A stretch of DNA of 54,505 nt, filler included, from Bipalium vagum (taxonomy: Eukaryota): the NCBI GenBank assembly GCA_037834085.1. It is 3 parts of 3 records of this genome, joined end to end, with 100 filler letters (N's around TTAATTAATTAA, not from the genome) between each part and the next. Parts side by side here need not be neighbours in the genome. Positions count along the whole stretch, not along the records: positions 1 to 21,398 come from JBBMKC010238114.1; 2 more parts are not named here. One strand, given 5' to 3'. The position numbers were made by a program, and so were the translations under genes. Shown piece after piece: positions 10,569 through 21,498 of the stretch. The number at the start of each line of letters is the position of its first letter. Position 1 is the stretch's first letter. A model generated the notes under the pieces. It saw only the letters and a program-made list of their open reading frames with translations, ran no database searches and was not told the DNA's origin.

Positions 10569-13033
10569 TTAGGGTGAGTCATAAGTAATGTCGTTTTCTA
10601 TAAGATCGGTAAAAACGAAATAAAATCATGAAAAATTTTATTAATTCTCAAAGTAAAGTCCTTTACATTCAATGGTTTTAAGCCATCTGTCCGCCAGTTG
10701 TTCTATTCCGAGATGATACCAATCCTTATCTTTGGAAATAAAAAAGTCTCGACACCCCGTTTACACCTTGTAGAACTCATTGAAAGTACGTCCTTCAAGG
10801 AAATGTGTCATTGCTCGGGAAAGATAATAATCCGAAGGCGCAAAATCTGGACTGTACACTGAATGTGGTTAAAGCGCAACAGATTCTAATTCTTTAATTT
10901 TTTCCATTGTTTTCTGTGCAGTGTTTGGTTTTACGTTGTTCTATTGCAGGAATACTAACTTTGTATTTATCAATGTGGGATATTTTTGTTGTAATTTTGC
11001 AAAAATGGGATCTATTTGCGCACAATAGAAGTCTGCATCTACGGCCATGCTGTTCAAAACTAATTCAAAGTGGATGCAAAATAGCCTTTTTTAAGAGCCA
11101 CTCTCTTTTTGGAACTTGATAGGCTGATTGGCCTATATTCAACCATTGATTCTTTTTGTCAGGATTGTTGTAGTACATAATTTTCATTTGAAGTAACAAT
11201 GTAGCGAATAAACCAGTCACCACGTGGATTTTGAATCAATTTTTTGTAAATGTTTCAATAAGTCGCTTTGTCTGCTTTGTTTTAACTAATTAGATACTTC
11301 TCTACAGGAACTAGTCCACGGATTAGTTTCAACAGATTCGCGTAGCGCTTCAGAAATCATTTCGTCAGGTCTGCCGGAACGTGGTTTATACTGAAGTTCG
11401 TTCTCACCGTTATTAAAGTTTTTGAAAAACTTTTGATACATACGAGTGGTAACATAACCCTCACCTATCACTTTGCATATTTTGTTTCCAATAATGTTTG
11501 AAGAGTACCAGAATTTTAATTTTTTCCATACTTGTTATAAATAAAATAAAATATTAAATTGCATTTATTAAGCATAAATTAATTTACATTGTGATAGAAT
11601 ATTAAATTACCTACAACATGATTTTTTAATCAATTAATTCAACTTTTTTTATCTATATACTTACTCCATTCCATAAAAAACCCGATTTGTTAATAAGAAG
11701 AGTATATATATTATATTTAAATTATAACAAGAATAAAACACATTATTTACAAAGTTATTAATGACCAATGTTGTGCATTAACCATTGATCCTTTCTGAAT
11801 AATAATATCTTGCAATATCCGAGATTTACATTCTAAAAGAGATTTGAACGTTTCAGGCCTAGTTAACCAAAATGTATGTTGTTATGACAGTCACAATTCA
11901 TCAAGATTTTTACAATTATTTCTATGACATCGTTTATTGAGGAAAGTGAAGAAGCCAATATCGTTGACATTTAAATCTGGAGACTGTGCCGACTGATTTA
12001 TGTCGGTAATACATGGAATAATATTTTCTTCGAAGTCATTGAAAATTTCAACACTTTTCTTTCCCACACGAGGGCGGGCATTATCAATTCGGATAGTAAA
12101 ATTCGGAAACCACTGCATTTTTTTAGAGATTTCTGGCATAATATCAGTAGTCATCAAATTGTAAAAATTATCGACTGTCATTGTGCAATCAACTTTTTAT
12201 TTATCATCTTTGTTATGATTTTTGGAAGAACGCTGAGCCTCCACATCCTTTTCTATTCTCCAGATACCTATCAACCCATTAGAATCATTTGCGATGTCAG
12301 GTTTAGCAATAGTTGACAGTATCATAATTCTTGGTGAATTACCTTTACTAAGTAATGGCTGTTTTTTCTCGGACTGTTTTCATGATATCGTTCTCGACAG
12401 AATTGATACAATTCCAACCACTTTTTATCTATGTCGACATAGGCATTTCATTTATTGTAGCGATTTTGTCTACACCATTTTAGTCTCTTCATTTTCTGAT
12501 TATCATTTAAGAGAGGACAGGTTCTTCGGGGAACAAGTTTCATTCCTTCTACCTTGATAATTCTGAAAACACTCGTTGAAGGAATATTCGTCTCCTCATA
12601 CAGACAAGCAACACTACTGGATCGCCACTTGCGAATGGCTTCGACCACTCGTTGTCGATTCTCAGCACAATCTTCCGAATTCCTTCTTCCAGATCCACTC
12701 TTTCACTCCAGTGTACCTCTTTCAAAAATGTTTTCTTAAATCGCGACTATAATCCTTATTTACATGAAATGTCTCGCATAAATGCTCGACTGTATAATAT
12801 TTGCGCTGGACCTTTCCCATTTTCATTAGGATCCTCTCATAATGGATAAGAAATAATATTTTTTGATCATTTGAAAGAGCCATCAATTCTAAAATCAATT
12901 TAATACAGATTAAGATATAACAATTATTACCTATTTTATGAAATAAAAAACCGGGTTTTTTTATAGAATGGAGTAAGTAATAAATGATTTTGAAGTAGTT
13001 AAACAAAATTACATTTCTTATGACTCACTCTAA
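10569..13033 (-). mobile_element. Degraded mariner (DD34D) element, interrupted by a nested insertion
   Basis: TIRs TTAGGGTGAGTCATAAGTAATGT and (rc) TTAGAGTGAGTCATAAGAAATGT with TA flanks. Transposase remnants: FKNFNNGENELQYKPRSGRP and YSPDFAPSDYYL...GIEQLADRWLKTIECKGLYFEN*. Confidence 0.85.
11660..12977 (-). mobile_element. Near-full-length DD39D (plant-mariner/Guest)-like transposon, pseudogenised, nested in the mariner
   Basis: TIRs CTTACTCCATTC(C/T)ATAAAAAA..CCCG with TA target-site duplication (11658-59, 12978-79). Motifs VDIDKKW, NGLIGIWRIEKDVEAQRSSKN, IRIDNARP and QSAQSPDLNVNDIGFF; 40 residues between the 2nd and 3rd catalytic D in this copy. Confidence 0.85.
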
Positions 13034-13215
13034 TATAATACAAAAAAATAATATATTTAACATTATTATTTTTTATTTGTGTTTATATAATCTTTTAGTT
13101 CTCTTGATCATTTTTTGTTTGAGAATAGATCAAGATGTAGGACTTTCCTTTCACATGTGCAGAATGTCTGTTATAGGTTATAGGAGACAATTCTTTTTTT
13201 AATTTTTAAATTTTA

Positions 13216-13500
13216 ATGACTAAGAGAGACGATAAGCTTGAAAAAGTTATTCGGAGATATCGAGGAGTATTTATGACAGATAGCTGGGATGTCGGATGCA
13301 CTATGTTGGCAGTACATAAGATAGTGACAAATGGAGAGCATATAAATACAAAGCCGTGGAGACAACCAATGAATCTAGAAGAAAAGATAAATGCAGCCAA
13401 TAAAAATTTAGCAGATAATGGCATTTTCAGAAAATGCAACTCACAGTGGAACACATCTTTGATATGTGTGTGGAAGAAAGAGAGAAAGAATGTTAAACTT
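13216..13500 (+). mobile_element. Ty3/gypsy pol fragment (region just before and entering the RT domain)
   Basis: YRGVF...DVGCT.LAVHKIVTNGEHINTKPWRQPMNLEEKI...L.DNGIFRKCNSQWNTSLICVWKKE matches the gypsy pattern GxTxxxxHxI...PYRxP...I.PS.SPWxSPxxxVxKK. Confidence 0.85.
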
Positions 13501-14399
13501 TTTTAAAATAATTTTTAAAGTAATATATTAAAATTTAATCCTTAATGTAAAAAAAGTTTTTTAATAATTTTAATAAATTGAAATCGTTTTTCAAAATTAA
13601 ATAATATAATTAATTTTAATAAAAGTTTTAGATAATTAATTTTTTTAAATAAAGGATAAAAAGAGGTCACTTATCAAATATATACAATTATTTTCTTCAA
13701 ATAAAAATGTTACAAAATCTCGATTTTTTGAATTCTGAAACTGTCGATAACGTGGTAGTAACTAACAATTACTATTATTGTTATTATTATTATTTATTAT
13801 TTATTATCACTATTATTATTATATTTCTGACACTTTCGCGACATTTTAATTCGAAAGTTTAAAAGGATGTGCCCTTGATCAACCCAACAAAAGATAACTC
13901 AAAATATAATTCAGCACAGTTTTGAAAGCAACTAAGATATTTATCTTTAGAAGAATGTACCCTGTAATAAGTCACAAAATCAATTACATTTTTTCAAATA
14001 TCAAAAATAAAACATATTCTTGTTTTTCTGAAATTTTTTGAAATTTCCCATTGAGCCAAGTTTAACGATCCAGAATCCCAGCTGTTAATTATCCAGAGAA
14101 TAAAAAGAACATATGGAGACAAAACCTTCCTATCTATGAAGCATAAAGATATATAGTAAAAAGAAATAATTGAAGACTATTTGCGTTTTAACTTTGGATA
14201 TCAGAGATTTTCATTGAATTTTGATATTTGTTCTAATTTTTTTAAACTGAACATGTGTTAAAACATTCATACAAAAATATTATTTATTTTAGAAAACTAA
14301 AATGATACACTTTCCCACAATTTCCACAAAATGATAACTAAAAAATTAATATAAATTCAATAAAATCAAAAATCAATTAAGAAAAGGTAATGATATACT

Positions 14400-14760
14400 G
14401 ATATATAATATAATATAATGTAATAATATAATATATATATATAATAATGTAATATATAATAATGTAATATATAATGTAATGTAATATATAATAATGTAAT
14501 ATATAATAATGTAATGTAATATATAATAATAANNNNNNNNNNNNNNNNNNNNNNNNNNNNNNNNNNNNNNNNNNNNNNNNNNNNNNNNNNNNNNNNNNNN
14601 NNNNNNNNNNNNNNNNNNNNNNNNNNNNNNNNNNNNNNNNNNNNNNNNNNNNNNNNNNNNNNNNNNNNTAATAATGTAATAATATAATATAATATAATGT
14701 AATATATAATATAATATAATGTAATGATATACTGATAATATATATATATATATAATACTG
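14400..14760. repeat. Degenerate AT-rich tandem repeat (ATATAATAATGTA-like) flanking a 136-N gap (14533-14668)
   Basis: Repeated TAATGTAATATATAA units on both sides of the gap. Confidence 0.8.
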
Positions 14761-15479
14761 ATATTATAATAAAAATAATATTAAAATAATAATATTAAAA
14801 TAATAATAATAAATAATAAATAATAATAATTTAAAAGATTATTAATTTAAAAATAGCAGTGGTATTTCTCAGTAAGAATATGAAAACATAAAATTAATTT
14901 CGTTACGAAAGAAATTTGTTGGAGAAGTTTTTTGCTTGAAAGATTTCATTTCACTAATTAAAATAAAAATATCTCATAATTATAAATATTAAAAATTTAG
15001 TTGCAATAAATAAAGTGAGAAAAGAATAAATTTCCTTTGGGAATATTTTTTACATATATATCTGGGATTACGTATATAGATGAAAAATAAAAAAAATTTC
15101 TATGAAAGGATTTTTCGGAAAAATCATTAATTTTTCGCTTTTTCGATGTAGAAAAACACTGTGGAAAATTAAATTGTTTTTTAAGATTCTTCAATTTTCA
15201 TTGATGTCTGAAAACGTTTAAAATAATAAAAGATAAAATAAAATAAAAGAAATATTTTTCCATTTAACTTTCATCATAGATTGAGAATAACTTACAAAGA
15301 TAAAAAGTTTCAAATTGATTTTTAATTTTCGTTTTTTGTTAAATTTTAAAAAATTAATAAAATATTAAAAAATAAATTAATATCTGAATATATAATATTT
15401 TTGTCGAGAAAAATATATTTTATTTTTATAAAATGAAAATGAAATGAATTTGGTAATATTTTATTTTAATCTAGTTGTT

Positions 15480-16330
15480 TTATCTGGTTTCCTCTCGTTA
15501 TCAAGGTTGGCTTCAACAATAATTCCGTGGGCAATAATTCACACACTAAAACAACAACTTTATTTCTTCCCAACGCTCATAAAAACAAGATTAATCCTTA
15601 AATGTTAATCCTAAATGTCAATTATTCGATCACAAAATTGTCCAAATTGTTCAAGTCGTATCTAACAAATCTACCATGGCAAATTTACTATCTCCAGTAC
15701 TTTTAAAGTGAGAATTATGGATGGATAAGACACAGGCAATTGTTACGGCAACTCCCTCTAGCATTGATAATCCATTGATAATCCACATCTAACATTGATA
15801 ATCCAAAAGACTTGATCAAAGGTCCAATTACATTTTGAAGCCTGATTCCAGGTGTGGTAAAAGCCCCATGCCTCCATTTTCTTGTAAAATGAAAATCATG
15901 GATAGGAAATTTACAAACCACTCTTAACCTTCCAACCACCAAATTGGATTATTATATTTGTAATTTACTTGACCAATAATTATTTAAAAATAAAGAAAAG
16001 ACACACAGCACCATACAACACAAAGATAAAAAATGTCTGTCAAGAAAAATCTTTATTAATTTTATACATATGGATAGAAAAAGCAATCAGTTAGGGTCCC
16101 CATGCATAGTAAACCCTACGTCTAGTCCCCTATGTTTGAATTCAATTACACTGGATTCCACATATCTTTAACCTATTGACCATAACATACGAGCTCGAGT
16201 ATTGTCTTCTAAATTTTACATGTTACTTGAGAAAACCAGAAAATAATTTTGTTACAAGTACTGACCATAACTTTTCAGTCGTCCAAAGTATATTCCCAGA
16301 TTTTTTTGTTTTGTTTTCAGGTAAAAATTT
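15480..16330 (-). mobile_element. Possible decayed LINE (L1/Tx1-like) ORF2 remnant
   Basis: Scattered minus-strand motifs KNLGIYFG (like KYLGI) and QENGGMGLLP (like GGLGL); many stops. Confidence 0.35.
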
Positions 16331-16339
16331 AAAATCTTT

Positions 16340-16962
16340 GAAATCCAACTAAGCAAGAAATGAAAGTTTACAATGAAGACTGATTTTGTAAGTATATGTC
16401 ATGTGGAGACGATAAGAATTCACTTAAATGAACTGAGTTCCAATGTGTAATGGAAGCTTCACGAGACATGATCGAGATTTATTTTGAAAAAATGTAAAGT
16501 ATCCAATGTAAAGTTGGTTAAATACACTAATCCTGATCATCGAAAGCAATGGTTATCAGCTGGATATATTCAAAAGCAGATATATTCCTTAAAAATGGTT
16601 CTATTGTCTGTTTGTTGGGATTGCTTAGGAGTCATTTATTTGAAACTCATATGAAGTCTAGCCACTTCCACAATATAACCCGGAGATCGTGGCCACAGAT
16701 TATCATCTGTGCCGCTCAATGCTTCACTTTCTTAAAGGAAAAAATTCTGAAAACCTGAACGACATAAGAAATGAATTACAAACGTGTTTTGTTCAAAAAT
16801 CTACTTAATTTTATTCTGGTGGCATTCATTCTTTGGTAAATAGATGACAGAGAGTAATGACATAGATGGAGAATATTTAATCAATTAATGTTTTTATTTT
16901 AATAATAAAATTTATTTGAAGTTTTGTTGCTTATGGGTTCATAATTAAATTGGAACGCTACT
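16340..16962 (+). mobile_element. Internally deleted mariner remnant
   Basis: YTNPDHRKQWLS, and PQYNPEIVATDYHLCRSMLHFLKGK...FYSGGIHSLVNR*QRV..DGEYL (decayed YSPDLAPSDYHLFRS...RW..V...GEY). Confidence 0.75.
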
Positions 16963-18181
16963 AGTAATATTTAAAATTAGTATTTAAATGCAAATTCAAA
17001 CAAAAATTATAAACAATGTCAAATGAAATGATGAAAATTAAAACTGACGTGACACACCCTGCATTTGTTTGAATAAATAGATTTATGTAGTCACTTTGTA
17101 ATGCTTTTATGGAATTTGGATTTCAGTGGATTATCCTGTATAGTGTTAACCAGTACTAAACATGAAACCCTTTAATCGCAATAATACATCGATTTAAATC
17201 CTTCAAAGTACGTATTACAGCAAATAGCTTCGATAATATGACACAGATATTCACCCAAAAATGCATCTTTGAGCATCAAAGCACGTTTGTTTTTGTATAA
17301 AAATAAAAACTCTAAATATATCATTTTTGTTTACTCTTCATAACCCAAAATATCATCATGGAAATGAAATTATCCATTTCGTAATATTTCAGCGTAACTG
17401 AATAAAATATTTATTTTTATCACATTATTTATATTTCGATAAGAACAGATAAATATTTTATTTTCCATTAAATACGTTGGTTGGGTAGCAGAAACTTGTG
17501 AATATATAGCAGAAAATTCTATACAGAGAGCAATATAACTCACAGATGGTACAAATAATAAAACTGTTAATATTGCTTTTATGACTTCTGTTCGCGGAGC
17601 AGAAATATTTGAGGTATTGTACAGCGATAACAAACGCAACGATTCTACCATCCATGGAACAGGATAATGAGCACCAGAACGAAGGCAAGAGGCGCAATGA
17701 ACGGCTGGTGACCTTTGACAGTGAAAGTTGATTTGCACAGTAGCAGAGCAAGAAATTGGCTAATGGAATTGTTATGCCAATAAACGCATGTGTAATTAAT
17801 AAATATAATGAAATTATATATTTGAAAATTTTTCTTGTTTACTGACATTGACAATTCGCGCGATTTACGAAGTGGCATAATTCGCCTTTGTTTATCGTCA
17901 TGGTGGACTTTTAGTTCTGTGTTTTTTTTTCAGGCAGGTTTGATTTAATTAAGCTCGAGATTCTAAAGAGTTGAATGAGTTTGCAATTTCTCTTTCCTGC
18001 TTTACCACTAATTCGACTCTCTAGAGTTTACGGCTTATTTGCTATCCTCCGCTGCCGACATGGTTAAGAGATTTGATTAATGTGGTCATGGTACCATATA
18101 TTTGACGATGGTTTTGGAATGGATAATAAAGCTAATGCAATCCGAAGGTTTATTTATTTTTATTGATTTTAAAATATTTAA

Positions 18182-18221
<40 letters not shown>

Positions 18222-18939
18222 TTTTTGAAAATATAAAATATATAATAAGATTAGTAATATGATCAGTATCTCATTAAAATACGTTAATTTTTATAAAAGG
18301 CAAAATCAATCCCTACGTAAATACTGATTTATTTATATTACATTTGCTGAAACATTCTAATTGTAAATTACTTAGGAAAATGTATCAGGACAAATAATAA
18401 AATAATAACAGTGATAAATCATTAAAATTATTTATTTATTTTTTCTCATTAATAGTTCCATGTATTTTCTTTTTCTTTCCTAATTAAGTTTTTGGAATTT
18501 ATTTATAGATTTATAATAAAACTTTCACATAATCGTCGATTATTATTGCTTTTTGTGTTTTGTGAAGGGTCCAAAATCATCAAGATAACATTTTATAAAA
18601 TAATTCTCAAATTTGGTTTTAGTTATTTTCCACTATTTTTCTAAACTTATTTCAAAAGAAAGAAATATTAATAAAAATTTTTATTGTGAAAAGACTTTTT
18701 CGTAGAAATTTTATTAATTGTCTTTTTCTGAAAACCTTGAAACTTTGGTCCTTCGTGGAGACACTCCTCTTTTTAAGACCGTTGATCTGATAGTTCAAGC
18801 GGTTCTGCTGCGTTTGGTACCTGATCAGCGGAATGGATAAATAAAGCCGGAGTGTGACAGTTAAATCAAAATAGATAGTATTTTTTTAATTACCATTTTA
18901 AATAATTATAAATATTACATAGAAAAAAAATAAAATATT

Positions 18940-19880
18940 CATTCACTGGGTCTTGAAATATTTAAATTATTTACCCAATGGAAATCAAGCTTTTGGCATT
19001 ATCAAGAAAGGAGTAATTTAGTATCTGAATTAGAATTCAACCCAGTTCCCTGCTCAGTCATCAGTCCAGACTAACACAAGGATAACATCAGGTTTGTTAA
19101 GTAACTTTTGCTTCTGATGAGATTCAACCACATAGTATCCCATATAGATAATCAATTTCATATTGGTATTATCACCCAGTTCACTGGTTAGTCATCAGGA
19201 GATTATAGTCAACCATGTTCCCATTTCTTCCTAGTGATAAGATGGTGGAGAAAATCTATGGTTACCTCCAACCTCTTGCAATATTTGAATTCATGGATGG
19301 ATAGATACAAGCGATCATTAGGAAAAATATCTTAAAGAAAATTATGATAAAATCTTGATAGGAGAAATATCGCATTTTTGAATTGTCTTTCCATATTCTC
19401 TGGAATAAGACTATAAGGTACCAATCTGCAAGTTCCTAGAATCCTTCCTAGATATTTGACTCGACCGAATCATTACCTGCTGTATCATTCCAAGTTGCAT
19501 AGCGAGTTTTGTTTGCGTTCTACATGGGCTTTTATCCAACAATTTTTCATGGCCTTCATGTTTTTGATTGATTATGGCATTTGATAGATTCAAATTTCTG
19601 CTTTTGAATCGGGTAAACCATTTTTGTTGTATAGCTTTTTCAACTAAAGTAGAAATAACCTTAGCTCTAGCCTCATATGCAACTTTCTTCAATTTAAAGG
19701 TAAATAATAAACAATGTCTTATAAGTATTTTTGGGATGTTATTTGAATTTTCATAAATTTGTTTAAAATATTAAAACAAGAATTATCGATTACCTTTAAT
19801 TTACAGCTTACTCATTAAGGAAAACCTTTCGGTTAGATTTTCAGCCATTTACTAAATAGGCACTTTAAAAGTAGACCTAA
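18940..19880 (-). mobile_element. Decayed mariner remnant (N-terminal HTH region)
   Basis: RHCLLFTFKLKKVAYEARAKV...QKWFTRFKSRNLNL...SPCRTQTKLAMQLG; boundaries approximate. Confidence 0.7.
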
Positions 19881-20125
19881 AAAATATATTTAAAATAATA
19901 TTAATTATGAAATTAATATAATTATTTATTTAAAAAATTTCAAACATCAATTTTAAGAAATTGATAAATATAAATAAATAATAAATAATAAGTGAAAAAA
20001 AGCAATCAACAACAGTTTTATTCCTTGCTTTAATGACAATAATACATTTTCCAAAGGTACAAATAACCAAAATAACGTGTTCAAACTATAATCTAATTAT
20101 TAGACACAAAACCTTATTATTATTA

Positions 20126-20530
20126 TTAAAAAGGATATTCACTAGAGGTATTGTTTCTTTTGTTGAAAATATGGCAACCGTAGTGAGAGTAGCAGAAGTT
20201 GCTCTTTCTTGACTGATAAGATTGCAAGAAGGTATTTTGATTGAGAGGAAGATGGTTTTGTGTCCGAAAAGGTGTAGTTATTGGTAAAGGCTGTCTGAAT
20301 ATCGATAATATAATACACTGAAGGCCATGCTTAAGTTTCTCACTCATAAAATAGTAAACAATTGGGTTGCAAAATGAATTAATGAAACTTATCATATGTA
20401 TTATGATAAATATGAAAAAAAAATTTTGTTTATTCAGAAAATCGGTGATGAGGGCTACCAACTGCATCGTATAAAATGGCGTCCAAGATATAACATGTAA
20501 GCAGGCAATTATTATAATCATTTTGGCTAC
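20126..20530 (-). CDS. Terminal exon of a rhodopsin-family (class A) peptide-type GPCR: TM6, TM7, helix 8, C-tail
   Basis: AG acceptor at 20531-32, then VAKMIIIIACLHVISWTPFYTMQLV (WxP of TM6) and HMISFINSFCNPIVYYFMSEKLKHGL (NPxxY); stop at 20126. Upstream exons were not recognised. Confidence 0.9.
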   Translation of the reverse strand, partial: VAKMIIIIACLHVISWTPFYTMQLVALITDFLNKQNFFFIFIIIHMISFINSFCNPIVYYFMSEKLKHGLQCIILSIFRQPLPITTPFRTQNHLPLNQNTFLQSYQSRKSNFCYSHYGCHIFNKRNNTSSEYPF

Positions 20531-21398
20531 CTAAAAATATATCACATGAGTACAAATAATGATAACAATAAAATTGATTAGAAAATAATTATTTAATTAT
20601 TTAATAAAAATAAAAATATTTAAAGCTCGACGTTAGCTTGGTGTGCAAAATAATTTTAATTAAAGAAAAATAAATAATTAATAAGACAGCATCAATAAAA
20701 TCATAACTGCACCGTCCATAACAACTTAAGGATTTATCAATTATTTTACTCAGCTTAACAATTTTTTCATGAAGTCTTTCAAATTTGAAATATTAACCAA
20801 AATGTTAAAATAATAATTATTAATAAATAATAATTTTATAAAATAATATATAGTAATAATTATAAAATAATAAATTGTGGAGATCATGTTAGTTTGAAGG
20901 GGAACATCATTTTCTTCCAAATCTATCCTTCTACTATGCAATTTAATTTTATTTGTTTATTTGATTTTGTTTCATAATTCAGGTATTCCTAGCTTTTATT
21001 TATCAGTGATTATTAATTATTAATTTAAAAAAATTTAATTAATTAATTATTCTGATCACATTTTAGTGATCTTAATCTAAGAATGCGGATTTTAAATCAT
21101 CTCTATAATTAAAGTAATTTAAAAATAATTAAAGTTTTCTATAATAAATTAATTAATTAATAGAGACCGGCATTTAGATAACGAGCTCATAAGACATTGA
21201 GTAGGTTAAAAATAACATTAGGTTAAATAAGGGTTTTCTTGAACCAAAATAATAATATATTAATTAAAAATGAAATTTGATTAATAATACAGGGTGCCCA
21301 CTGGAAAAGCGTAAAATTTTGTTTAATCAAATAAAAACTAAAACAATAAATAAATTTATGAATTTAATGGATATACAGTTACAGAATATAATTTATAC

Positions 21399-21498
21399 NN
21401 NNNNNNNNNNNNNNNNNNNNNNNNNNNNNNNNNNNNNNNNNNTTAATTAATTAANNNNNNNNNNNNNNNNNNNNNNNNNNNNNNNNNNNNNNNNNNNN
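21399..21498. other. Artificial 100-nt contig join: 44 N + TTAATTAATTAA + 44 N
   Basis: Read directly; the linker has stop codons in all six frames and the same structure recurs at 37751-37850. Confidence 0.95.
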
